Origin: Mobula hypostoma | Taxonomy: Eukaryota | Direction: 5' to 3' | NCBI RefSeq assembly: GCF_963921235.1 | Contig: NC_086097.1 | Coordinates: 196,356,001 to 196,420,000 of the forward strand | DNA length: 64,000 nt | Shown here: positions 12,536 through 26,174 of the stretch, one piece after another | Numbering within the stretch: the first letter of the stretch is position 1 | Layout of the letters: every line of letters starts with the position of its first letter | The notes under the pieces: generated by a model | Databases searched by the model: none | What the model was told of the DNA's origin: nothing | The model's input: the letters and a program-made list of their open reading frames with translations, nothing else | Translations under genes and position numbers: made by a program

Positions 12536-12690
12536 AGGGGGTCGGCTGAAATGCTGAAGGAGCTGGTTGGGATATTGGAGGAGTCAGTCGGGATATCAGA
12601 TGAGTCAGTTGGGATGTCAGAGGAACCTCTCAGGATATCAGAGGGGCCTGTTGGGATATCAGAGGGGTCTGCCAATGTGTCAGAGGAGCT
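12536..12690. repeat. Imperfect 21-bp tandem repeat (~7 copies)
   Basis: Units resembling GAGGAGTCAGTTGGGATATCA at 12557, 12578, 12599, 12620, 12641 and 12662. Confidence 0.8.
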
Positions 12691-13668
12691 GTTTTGGGTC
12701 TGAAACATGAAGTTTCTTATCCCTTTGGATCACCTGATATGAAGCTCAGGTATGGAGGAGCAGCTCTGGCTACAGACTGTGTTGATGCCCACTATTTGAA
12801 AGCATCGGAGTTGGTGCAGTGTAACTGTGAGAGATTGTCTCGGACATTTCACTTGTGATTGCAAGACTCTGTTGGACAGTGATAATGTAAGATGCTGCAG
12901 GCCTGTTACCCTTCTCTGGTGGAGGGACAGTGGACATGGGAGCTGTGTAGCCTCAGTTGTAGAGAGAACTAGGCCTCAAGCCTCGGGCTTGCCTGCTGTT
13001 GCAGACCAGGTGAGAGATGCAGAAGCACTACTGCGTGGTTGAGTTCAGCTGAAGCTTAGCCTTGCCAGTTGGTAATGTCCTCCAGTATTCAAGCTGTGGA
13101 ATGACAGGCTGGAATGCGTGCGCCTGTACACTGCCAGGGGACTGTACCATCAGTTGCTGGACATAGTTGTTCAGGGTTTCGGACTATAATATGCTTTTTT
13201 TTAGTGATTATGTTTCTTTGCTCGATACTTTGAATTAAGTTACTTGCTACTTGAATTATGTGTTTTGCACATTGGCCCCAGAGGAACGCCGTTTTGTTTA
13301 GCTGTATTTATGAATGGTTTGAATGATAATTAAACTTGATTTCATTTCATTTCATTTGAGATGTGTCCTCACTAAATTGTTCAGAGTCTTCCCCAATCTG
13401 AAGTCCTGGATGAACCGTGAGATCCGCAATCTGCTGAGGGCCAGATCAGAGGCATGCAAATCTGGAGACAAAGAATGTTACAAGGTATGATATCCAGAAA
13501 GCCATCTCATGGGTGAAATGGAGGTTCTGGACCAAACTGGAATCAACAAAGGATGCTTGACAACAGTGGCAGGGTTTCAATGCTAAAATCAGGGGACAGC
13601 AGGACTTTGCTTCCAGATGAGCTCAATGCCTGTGCTCGCTTTGACCATCAGGACATGGAGGAACCATC

Positions 13669-15258
13669 ATAAGACCATAAGATATAGGAGCAGAAGTAGG
13701 CCATTCAGCCCATCGAGTCTGTTCCACCATTCAATCATGGGCTGATTCAATTCTTCCAGTCATCCCCACTCCCCTGCTTTCACCCCATACCCTTTGAAGC
13801 CCCAGCTAATCAAGAACCTATCTATCTCTGCCTTAAATACACCCAATGACTTGGTCTCCACAGCCGCTCATGGCAACAAATTCCACAGATTTATCACCCT
13901 CTGACTAAAGTAATTTCTCCGCATCTCAGTTCTAAAAGGACGTCCTTCAATCCTCAAGTCCTGCCCTCTTGTCCTAGAATCCCCTACCATGGAAAATAAC
14001 TTTGCAGTATCTAATCTGTTCAGGCCTTTTAACATTCGGAATGTTTCTATGAGATCCCCCCTCATTCTGCTGAACTGCAGGGAATACAGACCAAGAGCTG
14101 CCAGACTTTCCTCATACGGTAAGCCTTTCATTCCTGGAATCATTCTCATGAATCTTCTTTGACCCCTCTCCAAAGTCTCTATAACCTTCCTAAAATAAGG
14201 AGCCCAAAACTGCACACAATACTCCAAGTGTGGTTTCACGAATGCCTTATAGAGCCTCAACATCACATCCCTGCTCTTATAATCTATACCTCTAGAAAGG
14301 AATGCCAACATTGCTTTTGCCTTCTTCACAACCGACTCAACCTGGAGGTTAACCTTTAGGTATCTTGTACAAGGACTCCCAAGTCCCTTTGCATCTCTGC
14401 ATTTTGAATTCTCTCCCCAGCCAAACAATAGTCTACCCATTTATTTCTTCCACCAAAGTGCATGACCATACACTTTCCAACATCGTATTTCATTTGCCAC
14501 TTCTTTTCCCATTCCCCTAAACTATCTAAGTCTCTCTGCAGGCTCTCTGTTTTAAACATAGAAACATAGAAAACCTACAGCACGATACAGGCCCTTTGGC
14601 CCACAAAGTTGTGCCAATCATGTTCCTACCTTAGAAATTACTAGGCTTACCCATAGCCCTCTATATTGCTAAGCTCCATGTACCTGTCCAAAAGTCTCTT
14701 AAAAGACCCTATCGTATCCGCCTCCACCACCGTTGCCAGCAGCCCTTTCCATGCACTCACCACTCTCTGCGTAAAAAACTTACCCCTGATATCTCCTCTG
14801 TACCTCAACACAGTTCCTCAACACTACCTGCTCCTCCACCTATCTTTGTATCATTGGCAAATTTAGCCACAAATCCATTAACACCGTAATCCAAATCATT
14901 GACATACATCATAAAAAGCAGCGGTCCCAACACCAACCCCTGTGAAACTCCACTGGTAACGAGCAACCAGCCAGAATAGGATCCCTTTATTCCCACTCTC
15001 TGTCTTCTGCTGACCAGCTAATGCTCCACCTACACTAGTAACTTCCCTGTGATTCCATGGGCTCTTATCTTGCTAAGGAGCCTTGTGTGGCACCTTGTCA
15101 AAGGCCTTCTGCAAATCCAAGTACACCATATCTACTGCATCTCCTTTGTCTACCCTGCTTGTAATTTCCTCAAAGAATTACAGTAGGTTTGTCAGGCAGG
15201 ATTTTCCTTTCAGGAAACCATGCTGGCTTTGGCCTATCTGGTCATGAACCTCCACATC
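13669..15258 (-). mobile_element. CR1 LINE 3' portion, with a second CR1 3' end nested at ~14556-14805
   Basis: ORF2 motifs QHGFLKGKSCLTNLL, SGVSQGLVLGPLLF, KFANDTK, PHLEYCVQFWAP. (TCTTATGG)n-type tail at 13669. Confidence 0.92.
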
Positions 15259-16946
15259 TCCTGATGTTCCTTTGATCTCAGTATCTGAAGCTGACATGCC
15301 ACTGCCTTCAGGAGGGTGAATCCAAGGAAAGCATCCAGACCAGATAGAGTGCCTGGCCAAAGTGGGCTGATCAACTGGCTGGTGGGTTCACTGGGATCTT
15401 TAACCTCTCGCTTCGGTGGTGCGTGGTACCCACCTGCTTCAAGCAGGTTTCAGTTATACCGGTGCCCAGGACAAGTGTGGTGATCTGCCTCAATGACTAT
15501 CACCCAGTTGCACCTACATCCACAGTGGCAGAGTGTTTTGAGAGGCTGGTGTTGAAGGATATTAGCTCCTGCCTGAGAGGTGATTCGTACCTGCTTCAAT
15601 TTGCCTACTGGAATAACAGTTCCATAGCAGATGCCATCTCATTGGCTCTTCACACAACCCTGGAATATCCGGACAGCAAAGATGCATACATCAGTATTCT
15701 CTTTATCAATTACTGCTCGGCACTTAATGCCATCATACCCTCAAAACTAATCAATAAGCTCCAAGATTTCGGCCTCTATACCTCCTTGTGCGATTGGATC
15801 CTGGATTTCTACACTTGTAGGCCTCAGTCAGTTTGGATTGGCAAAATCAACTCCTCCACGATCTCCATCAGCACAGGTACACCATAGGGCTGTGTGCATA
15901 TCTCCCTGCTCTATGTGCTTTACACCTATGACAGTGTGACTAAGCACAGCTCCCATGCCACATTCAAGTTTGCTGATGACACCACTGTGTGGGCTGTATC
16001 AAGCGTGGTGATAAATCAGCATACAAGAGGGAGATTACAAATTTAGCTGAGTGGTGTCATAACAAAAACCTCTCACTCAATGTCAGCAAGACTAAGGAAC
16101 TGGTTGTAGATTACAGGAGAGGGAAATCAGAGGCCCATGAGCAAGTCCATATCAGAGGATCAGAGGTGGATAGGGTTAGCAACTTTAAATTCCTGGGTGT
16201 AACTATTTCAGAGGGCCTATCTTGGACCCAGTGTATGAATTGGTCAGGGCATGAAGGAATTTGGGGAGAAGGCAGGAGATTGGGGCTGAAAGGAAAAATG
16301 GATCAGCCATAATGAAATGGTGGAGAAGAATCGATGGGCCAAATGGCATAATTCTGCTCCTATATCTTATGGTCTTATGCAATTGCAAAGAAGGCACAGC
16401 AGTGCCTCAACTTCCTTAGGGTTCTGCAGAGGTTTGGCATGACATGAATATCTTTGACAAAGTTCTATAGATATGTAATGGAAAGTGTATTCACTGGCTC
16501 ATCATGGCTTGGTATGGAAACACCAATACCTTTGAACGGAAAATCCTGCAAAAGGTGGTGGATTTGGCCCAGTACATCACAGGTAAAGTTCTCCCAACCG
16601 TTGAGTATATCTACACAAAACACTGTCGTAGGAAAGCAGCATCCATCATTAGAGATCCTCATCATGCTCTTTACTCACTGCTGCCATAAGGTAGACCGTA
16701 CAAGAACCACAGGATTGCATCACCAGGTTCAAGAACAGTTACTACCCCTCAATCATCAACCTCTTGAACAAAAGGGGTAACTAGACTCACTTGCCCTACT
16801 ATTGAGATGTTCCCACAACTAATGATCTCACTTTAAGGACTCTTTTTCATGGTCTCCTAATTTATTGCTATTTATTTATATTTGCATTTGCACATTTTGT
16901 TGTATTTTACACTCTACTTGATCTTTCATTGATTCTGATATAATTA

Positions 16947-17470
16947 TAAAACACTCTTGTTCCGTCACCTGTGTAGGTCTACGGACGACAAATTCCGGCC
17001 CCGCCAAACGTGTGAGATTGAGGTGCAAGCCCACCCCAAACCCCGTTCGTGTGGATGCTGGGTGATTCATTACCCTGGTACAAATAAGTGCCATGAAATA
17101 ACAGACAATACACCACATACAATTAAAAGATTTAGCTTTATAATTCTTAATTTGACTAAAGGGTTAGTAAGGAAAGAGCATAAAAGAAAAGGGCCCATTT
17201 TAATGAAACAGCCTAATGTGCACAAGTTGGAGCTCACCGTTTCCCCTTCACCAATCCTCCTTCAATCTCACCCTGGGCTTTATCGAATCACAGCCCCGCT
17301 CCAGGTCAAATCCCCATGTCCTCGTGACTTTGAAATAATTTGTCATTCCGTCATTCGTAACTCCGTTTTCAAAGGAATTTGGTGATGTCAGAACCTGCAA
17401 CCCATTTGTAAAGGAGAGTGACATATCTCACTGGGGGATAGCCGTAGCACTCTGATCCCCCGGTGCTACA
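16947..17470 (-). mobile_element. Probable solo LTR inserted in the Rex1 3' UTR
   Basis: CpG-richer ~520 bp block that starts TGTAGCAC on the minus strand, is flanked by ATTA (16943-46 and 17471-74), and interrupts the collinear Rex1 3' UTR. The other terminus is imperfect. Confidence 0.5.
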
Positions 17471-17779
17471 ATTAGTATTTTATAGATTTACTGAGTATGC
17501 CTACAGGTAAATGAATCTCAAGGTTTTATGTGGTGACATATATGTACTCTGATAATAATTACTTTGAACGTTGAACTATGAATGGCTATTGTTAAACAAA
17601 CCACCTTATCATACATTCATGTTTCAAAATCTAACTGCAAAGTTTGATCAGGAAGCAATAATAATAGTGCATTCACTCTAAAGTGCATTCAGAATATTTG
17701 TGTTACACATGACTCCTTTCAACCTTACATCAGGGTGTATGGGGCGTCAAGGAGGGGTAGCACCTCTGGTGGGGGGAGC

Positions 17780-20270
17780 ATGTCAGGTGGAGGGTCATAG
17801 TCTCAATCTTTCTCTGGCTGACTGTAAGTCCAACTGTCCACCAAAGTTACACAAATGCTGAGTTTTCTCTTGCATGTGCTGGTGTGTATGTGATAGTAAT
17901 GCAAGATCATCTGCAAAGTCAAAGTCATCCAAAATAGAGAATAGAGTCTACCTTATGACTCTCTGCTTATCTTTAATTGCTCACCTCATAACCCTGTCAA
18001 TCATCAGGTTAAAGAATATCGCCAACATCACACAGCCTTGTCTGACTCCTGTCTTGACTTCAAAGCTCAAGTTGCTGTCCACAACTGTGCAGTTGAAGTT
18101 AGCATAGAAACTCTGGAAGAGCTGGACAATTTTGGAAGGGATACCATATGAACTGAGAATTCACCAGAGGCTCTCCCTGTGTATGCTATCAAAAGCCTTT
18201 TCAAAGTCCACGAAATTTACATACAGTTGTCTCTGCCATTCTGTGCACTGCTGTATGATGTTATGCAGCATGAAGATCTGTTCGGCACAGCCTCTTATCT
18301 CCCTGAAGCCAGCTTGTTCGTTCCTGAAGCACATATCAACAGTATCTGTCATCCGTTGGACTTTGGTGAGAATTTTGCTGGGCATTGACAAAAGTGTGAT
18401 ACCGTGCTAGTTGGTGCAATCATTTAGTGCTCTTTTTTTGGGGACCCTAACAACGACTCCCTTTGCCTAGTCCTTGGATACTTGTCCCCATTCCCAGATT
18501 ATAGTAAGCAGTGGTTACAGGATGGCTGCTACAACTTTTGGTTTAACATTATACAGTTTAGTGTTCAAATTGTCATGTCCCAGAGTTTTGCTGTTCTTTA
18601 GTGATTTGATCACAGCAACAATCTCTTCTTTCTTGGGTGGATCTGTGTTGATGTCGAGGTCCTTTGCTGCCTCTTGTATATCAGGTTCTTCCTTTGGTGG
18701 TGGTCTATTCAGTAAGTCTCCAAAATACTCTGTCCACTGTGCTTCTTGGCCTTTCTCAGTTGTCAAAAGCAAACCATTCTTAACCCTCATGGAACCACTG
18801 GATCTGGCCTGGAACTTTCCACATACCAATTTTGAAATCTTATATACTATATTTTGCCCCGGTCACCTCGATTGGCTGCTCCTTTGGTTTGAACTGCAAG
18901 GTCTTCCACGTAGATAGACTCTCTTATCCTTTCTTCCGTCTCTTTATTTTCTTGTTAGCTTCAATATATGCTAGTTGAAGTTTCACCTTAAGTCATTTGA
19001 GAAAACGGGGGAGTGGGACTAAAAGGGAGAATGAATCAGCTCATGATAAAATGGCGGAGCAGACTCGATGGACCGAATGGCTGACTTCTGCTCCTTTGTC
19101 TTATGGTCTTATGGACTCTGCATCTAGCACTTTCTTCTCAATTTTCCATCTTACTTCTAAGGCTGTCCATGCCCATGGTTCCTGCTGTATCCATTCTTTG
19201 TTTTTCTTTCCAGCTCTGCATCCAAGACAAGTCTCACAGCTCTCCTTGAAGATTGAGGTATTCTGTTTTCCACATTTGTGTCAATATTTTCTACTGACAC
19301 ATCCTCATCAAAGTCTTGAAAATCTGTTTTTAAGCTGAATATTAAAGGCAGGTCTCACACTGGTGTCCTTGAACTTCTCAATGTCAAAACATCTTTGTAT
19401 ATGTGTTCTGATTCCAGTGCTTCTCAGCTTGAGTTTCATCACTACTACAACAAGGTTATGATCAGTTCCTGTATCCACTCCACCTTTACATCCTGCAAGA
19501 ATTGTCTCCACGTACCATTGATCATCAAATGGTCAATCTGGTTTTTGTCACATCCACTAGGAGAGTACCATCAGTTTGTGGATTTCACAGTGTGGAAAGA
19601 GGGTCCCTCCTGTGACCAGATTGTTCATGGCACAGAATTCCACCAGTCTTTCACCATTGTTATTCATTGTTCCACACCCACACATACCCATAACCCTGTG
19701 AAGTGTGAGCTGTTATTTCCCACCTGGGCGTTTCGATCTCCCATGATGATGATTATGTCATGTTATGGTGTTAACTCGACCTCCCATTGTAGCTGTTCGG
19801 AGATGTCCTCTTCTTCAGTGTCACTATCATTAGTTGGAGCATAGCACGAGATCACAGTCATGTTTATTTCCTTCCCTTTCAGTCTTACTCTCATCAACCT
19901 ACTGTTGATTGGTTTCCACACCAGCAAGCACTTCTCAATATCTTTCTTCAAAATGACAGCTACACCATCATGATGCTGACCATCTTCCCTTCCTAAGTGT
20001 AAAACTGTTGTTGTCTGCTGGACACTGTCCATCTGCTTTCGTTGTTGTTTCAGTTTTGTTTGACCAGTCAGGTTGTTAGCCCTGGGATGAACCCCTAAAC
20101 CTGGAGGACTGGTGGACCACTCTTAGTCTGGCCTCTACTCTTTGACCTGTTTGGCATGGCTAGCCCTACTAAGGGCCAAAGTATAAAGCCCGGACTCTAG
20201 TTAACATAACTCTCTGGGTCGTTGAGGCAAGAAAGTCTCCAAACCATGTCAAGGCTGTGGTCCTCTTGGA
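17780..20270 (-). mobile_element. RTE-clade LINE (EN + RT), decayed
   Basis: APE-type endonuclease GVAVIL...WKPINSRLMRVRL...CYAPTND and RT EQAGFR...LYVNFVDFEKAFDSIHRESLW. A short CR1 3' tail is inserted at ~18998-19112. Confidence 0.88.
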
Positions 20271-20751
20271 GGATGTGTGTGATTGAGCTGTGGCAAAAAC
20301 CACAATCTTGCTCACTAGTGAATACAATGTTCTCATGTTTTAGTGATTGATGAAATAAAGGCAGTGTATATTATTGATTATCTATTAACTCTCAGAGAAA
20401 CAACATATTTACAAGATATCCTCCTCTGCATCACTGTGCAGGACTATTTATAGTAAGCCTCATGTGGTTCCCTGTCTATGATGCTTCTGCCAAAACAGGT
20501 GAAAGATTGGGTGTGTTGGGGAATAGCAATTACAGTCAAGAAATTTAACCATCAAGAGGTAAGCGATTCAGCAAATACACACAGTCTTGATAACCTGCTT
20601 AGCTTATTATATGACCTCCTGCACTGCATCTGAAAGCAGTGCAAGATGCTCATTTCTTCGTTGATCTCCACTTATTTCTGCTTGATGAAAACAGTGGTCT
20701 TCTTCCTTTCATTTCTGGGAAAAAGTATGATCTGTTGCCACTGACTGCATC

Positions 20752-22965
20752 TATAAGACCACAAGACTTAGGAGAAGAATTAGGCCATTCAACTCATCGT
20801 GTATGCTCTGCCATTCCATCATGACTGATTCCGGATTCTTCTCACTATATCCTTTGATGCCCTGGCCAATCAGGAAACTATCACCTTCTGCCTTAAATAA
20901 ATGCATGGACTTGCCCTTTACCACAGTCTGTGGCACAGCATTCCACAGATTTACTACTCTTTGGCTAAAAACATTCTTTCTTACCTCTGACTAAAGAGTC
21001 GACCCTCAATTTTGAGACTGTGCCCTCTAGTTCTGGGTACCCCCACCACAGGAAATACCCTCTCCACATTCACCCTATCTTGGAGGGTCAAACAACAGGA
21101 ATTCTGCAGATGCTGGAAATTCAAGCAACACACATCAAAGTTGCTGGTGAACGCAGCAGGCCAGGTAGGCCTTCGTCAGGACGAAGGGTCTCGGCCTGAA
21201 ACGTCGACTGCACCTCTTCTTACAGATGCTGCCTGGCCTGCTGCGTTCACCAGCAACTTTGATGTGTGTTGCTTGGAGGGTCAGACACCCTGAGCCAATA
21301 GGCTGGTCTTGGTCTTATTTCCTGGCATAATTTACATATTACTATTTAACTATTTATGGTTTTATTACTATTTAATTATTTATGGTGCAACTGTAACGAA
21401 AACCAATTTCCCCCAGGATCAATAAAGTATGACTATGACTATGACTATCTAGTTTTTACAACTTTCAGAAGTTTTGAGATTCACCCACATTCTTCTAAAT
21501 TCCAGTGAGTACAGGCCCAAAGCTGCCAAATGCTCCTCATATGTTAACCCCTTCATTCCAGGAATCATCCTCGTGAACCTCCTCTGGACTCTCTCCAATG
21601 ACAACAAATCCATTCTGAGGTATGGGGCCCAAAACTTTTGATAATACTCTAAGTGCAGCCTAACTATGTCTTATGAAGGCTCAGTATGATCTCCTTGCTT
21701 TTATATTCTATTCCCCTTGAAATAAATGTCAAAATTGCAGTTGCCTTCTTCATCACAGATTCAACCTGTAAATTAACCTTCTGGGAGTCTTGCACAAGGA
21801 TTCCTAAGACCCTCTGCACCTCTGGTGTTTGAGCCTTCTCCCCATTTAGATAATAGTCTGCATTATTGTTTATTTTATCAAAACGCATTATCACATATTT
21901 TCCAACACTGCATTCCACCTGCCACTTCTTTGCCCATTCTTCCAATTTGTCTAAGTCCGGCTATGATCACCTTGCTTCCTCAACACTGCCTACCCCTCCA
22001 CCTATCTTCGTATCATCCGCAAAACTTTGCCACAAAGCCATCAATTCCATTATCCAAATTATTGATAAACAATGTGAAAAGCAGCGGCCCCAATACTAAC
22101 CCCTGAAGAACACCACTAATCATTGGCAGCCAACAAGAAAAGGCCCCTTTTATTCCCACTTGCTGCCTCCTGCCTGTCAGCCATTCTGCTATCTATGCCA
22201 GTATCTCTCCTGTAACGCCAGAGGATTTTATCTTGTTTAGCAGCCTCATGTATGGCACCTTATCAAACACCTTCTGAAAATCCAAATAAATGACATACAC
22301 TGCCTCTCCTTTGTCCATGCTGCTTGTTACTTCCTCGAAGAACTCTAACAGATTTGTCAGACAAGGTTTTCCTTTACAGAAACCATGCTGGCTTTAACTT
22401 ATTTTAGCATTAGTCTTCAAGTATCTAGAAACATCATCCTTAATAGACTCCAACACTTTCCCAAGCACTGAGGTTAGGCTAACTGGCCTATAATTCCCAT
22501 TCTTTTGCCTTCTTCCCTTATTAAGCAGTGGAGTGACATTTGCAATCTTCCATTTCTCCAGGACCATGCCAGAATTGAGAGATCATGACCAATGCATCTG
22601 TTATCTCTCCAGCAACCTCCCTCGGGACTCTGGGATGTAGTTCATCCGGTCTAGGTGACTTATCCACCTGAAGACCTTTGAGTTTGCCTAACACATTTTC
22701 CCTTGTAATAGCAATGGCACTCACTCACTCTTGCTCCCTGACGCTCATGGAACTATGGCACACTGCTAGTGTCTTCCACAGTGAAAACAGATCAAAGTAC
22801 CCACTAAGTTCATCTGCCATTTCTTTGTCCCCTATTACTACCTCACCAGCATCATTTTCCAATGGCTCACTATCAACTCTCATCTCCTTTTTACTCTTTA
22901 TATAACTGAAAAAACTTTTGGTATCCTGCTTTACATTATTGTCCAGTCTGCCCTCATATCTCATC
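20752..22965 (-). mobile_element. CR1 LINE, decayed, with nested inserts at 21081-21450
   Basis: FFSYIKSKK, LQVDKSPRPDELHPRV and WAKKWQVEC motifs; CR1 tail at 20752. Confidence 0.9.
21091..21271. mobile_element. Hairpin-shaped Penelope pseudo-LTR mini-insertion
   Basis: Perfect 44-bp inverted arms (21122-21165 and 21232-21275) with a split hammerhead core between them. Flanked by the direct repeat CTTGGAGGGTCA (21079-90 and 21272-83). Confidence 0.85.
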
Positions 22966-23717
22966 TCCTTCTAGTAGCAAATCTAGTAACAATTTCAGTG
23001 ATATGTCATTGAATCTGGGTGTTCTTTGTGCTCAATGTGCATCATTCACTGGATCTTGTGAGTCCACATTGCACCCATTCCATACCTGGCAACATAAAAC
23101 ATGGAAATCAAAATCAATAATTTTAATTTACTTGAGATCTCGGAGTCTGACTTGTTGGGTTATCTTTAGGTTTTACTCATACAATCCCATACCAACTCAT
23201 TGTTGGCATGATGCCAAATTCAGAGGACCATTCAGGCCTGTGCACTGGAGATAAATCCCTTGGTTTCAGTTATGAGCAATGCAATTGAGTAGCCTCATTG
23301 AAAAATGTATCTTATTATTTGGAATTTTCTAAATGTAGCATTATATGTTGAACAATCATAGATTTTTTGGGGAAATTTTAGTGATTTGAGTTGCTTTATC
23401 CATTATGGTTCAGCATAATCTCTCTGGCCATTTGTTGGTACCTTTGTTAAATTCAAAACAAGATTTCTTCTCTAGCTCAGTTCAAAGCAATACAAATATT
23501 TTTGTTCACCAGGCTTATGGTAGAAAGACCCCACCCAAGACATTCTCTCTTCTCTCATCAGGAACAAAATGCAAAGGCTTGAAAGGTAGCCTCTATTATT
23601 AATACTATTACTATTATTAGACTATAGAATGGTCCCCAGTGTAATTAGATATTCTTGAACTCACAATCTATCTTACTATATGGCCTTGTACTTTATTGCC
23701 TGTAATACTTGGATGTG

Positions 23718-24021
23718 CTTTGAGGAAGTGCAAGATCAGACCCGAGGGCCTGGAGGATGTTTCTGCTGACCATACCACGTGGCAACAGCTGTGTAGGGCC
23801 AGGTTTATATTCTGGAGATGGAAAGAACAACCAGAAGACAGCAGAAGAGAGCCAGGAGAAACGCAGCCATAGTTGCCTCCACTACCACATATACATGTCC
23901 CATCTGCAATAAAGCTTGTGGGTCCAGGATAGGACTGTATAGTCATCAAAGATCTCACCGTTAAAGGAGTGGACGTCGTCATCGGATTTCGATGGACAAC
24001 CGAAGAGAAAGAGAAGAAGAG
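23718..24021 (+). mobile_element. 5'-truncated RTE-type LINE 3' end
   Basis: C-terminal TCPICNKACGSRIGLYSHQRSHR*, (GAA)-rich tail, and 10-bp TSD CTTGGATGTG (23708-17 and 24022-31). Confidence 0.85.
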
Positions 24022-24299
24022 CTTGGATGTGTAACTACGGACGTTTATTGCCAAAAACACAGTCGCCTGAATTCACCTGCTTTGTTTCAGATTAGGTGCA
24101 TGAATCTGTAAAGTTAATTATCGCACCAGCGCATTTTCAACAATTCTGACTTCGTATGGTTTGCCCTTGTTTTTATTTGTATATTTAATGTCACTTCTTT
24201 CAATGCATCATCTTTGCAATTCCTCGATCCAACATGAGTAACTTCTCACATCACCGTCATTCCTACACGTGCTCGGAGTCAGTGCCGGTTTGTCTTTCT

Positions 24300-25040
24300 C
24301 CTCAGAAATTTAAGCGGGGGAGCTGCCCGAGATGCGTGTTAATCAGTGAACCGGTGCACTTCTCCTATCGCTGATGAAAGGTCTTAGACCGCAAATGATA
24401 GCTCGGTGCACAAACTTTATCTGGCGAGATGAGTGCTTCAAGTGCTTTCTTGCATTTTTTTTAATTCCAGATTTTCAACATCTGTGACGCTAATTTTTTT
24501 TCTCCCGTTAACGAGAGACGGCGGGGAGGGGAGAGCGCATGCGCGCTGCTGGGCTCGTGCGTCGCTTGGCGTGGGCGATATGTCTCTCGCAGAAAATCTG
24601 TGCGGCCGAGCGCTGGAAGCCGGGGGTTGTGTGTTAGCCCTCGCAGGGAGGGATGTGACAGGTTGAAAGGCTGCGATATCTGCTGAAAAAAATAGTTCCA
24701 CACTGTGTGTACAATATTACTTTTCTTCCTTGTCAAGAAATGGTAGCACAAAAACGGAAAGTGCCCTCGAGCCCGGCGAATGCGCAGCGAGGGTGAGTTG
24801 CCGAGTTTCTCTTCGGGAGGCTGGGGAACAAAGCCAGAGAGTGGCCCGGGGCTGCGGCCCAGGACCGGCCGTCGTGGCACCTTGATCTCGACATTACTTC
24901 GTTTCCAGGTGGCTGGGTGGAAGGGCCCCTGTGCATCACTTGGCGATGTAGTGAACCGGCGGCGGGGGGCTTATTCTGTCCCTGAGGATGGGACGGGCCC
25001 CGCCATGTTTCAGCCAGTTTCCGTTTCCGTCTCCGCTGTT
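24300..25040 (+). promoter_or_regulatory. ESCO1: CpG-island promoter of ESCO1
   Basis: The clearest CpG-dense non-repeat stretch in the window. NRF1 palindrome GCGCATGCGC at 24535-44, GC boxes, YY1-like CCGCCATGTT at 25000-09. Contains the GTGAGT donor at 24793. Confidence 0.85.
24740..24792 (+). CDS. ESCO1: ESCO1 first coding exon (MVAQKRKVPSSPANAQR)
   Basis: ATG in strong Kozak context (GAAATGG). 17 codons + 2 nt, then the donor GG|GTGAGT. Phase 2 matches the acceptor of the large exon at 46249. Confidence 0.75.
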
Positions 25041-25650
25041 TAAATAACCCAGAGCCTTATCTAAATTTCAATTTTCTTACTATTATTGTCTAACTCAAAT
25101 TAACTGTATTAATAGCATATAATAGAATAAGTTTTATTCCTAACCAAGACGATTCTAACTTTTCAACGAACAACATATTTATTTGATGGTGTGCTTGTGG
25201 ACAAAAATATCAGCATTTGTATTCACTCACTGGTCGTTATATTTGTCTATTATACGTCCAAGACAACTTTTAGATCCTGGTTTACTTAAAAATTGATCTT
25301 TTTCTGTAAGTTTAAAAGACCTAGTAAATCTTCAGCTAATTAATAATTTTGTGCAAAAACAATAACTTCTACCAACAAAAAACGAAAAACAGTGTTGGAA
25401 TTATAAAATTTAAACGGTGGGAATGCAAAAGTCAGGGAGCATGTGTAGTGATAAATCAGAACTAAGTTAAATAATGAATTTGTGTTCACATTTGGTGCCT
25501 GAGCACTTATTTTGTTTGCATAGAACTAAACAGTAGTAATCTATTTTTCTATTCAGCAAAATCATGGCTCTCTAATCTAACATCTCTCCATTTTTCCTTC
25601 ACACTTTCCACATCCTTTAATTATTAATCACAATTGTCAATTCTAGATTT

Positions 25651-25980
25651 GAACATAGAATAGTACAACACAGTACAGGCCCTTTGGCCCACAATGTTGT
25701 GCCGACCCTCAAACCCTGCCTCCCATATAACCCCCCACCTTAAATTTCTCCATATACCTGTCTAGTAGTCTCTTAAACTTCACTAGTGTATCTGCCTCCA
25801 CCACTGACTCAGGCAGTGCATTCCACGCACCAACCACTCTCTGAGTAAAAAACCTTCCTCTAATATCCCCCTTGAACTTCCCACCCCTTACCTTAAAGCC
25901 ATGTCCTCTTGTACTGAGCAGTGGTGCCCTGGGGAAGAGGTGCTGGCTGTCCACTTTATATATTCCTCTTAATATCTTGT
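25651..25980 (-). mobile_element. Young CR1 3' end
   Basis: Encodes FPRAPLLSTRGHGFKVRGGKF...GGRV*, near-identical to 32460-32787. Confidence 0.92.
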
Positions 25981-26174
25981 TTAAATCTATTCCTCTTAAT
26001 TTAAGATTATCAATATTAATATCAGTTATCTTCAGAACTTCGGTTTACAGACCATGTACTCTAATCAGCAACTAGAACTTCAAGTCATCTTGTTAAAAGA
26101 AAGTTTTCGTAATTAAAGCAGAAAGTAGTTGAAGTAGCAAGAAAGACAGCATCTGTAGAGTGAACAGAAAATGC

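Larger units (their letters stand above)
12305..17577 (+). mobile_element. Rex1/Babar-type LINE, fragmented by at least four nested insertions
   Basis: Collinear pieces: ~12305-12380; 13358-13668 (FPNLKSWMNREIRNLLRAR); 15260-16232 (VPTCFKQVSVIPVP, TGTP*GCV, FKFADDT); 16379-16945 (WYGNT...LQKVV); and 3' tail 17475-17577 ending TTTGAACGTTGAAC. Confidence 0.8.

Noticed and set aside
12000..24300. A divergent neighbouring gene (SNRPD1 is head-to-head with ESCO1 in human)
   Set aside because: No matching exon found by eye. Non-repeat patches near 20.6 kb and 23.1 kb gave no convincing spliced reading frame.
24433..25043. Several short ORFs in the CpG island
   Set aside because: Expected by-product of high GC content; no recognisable domains.
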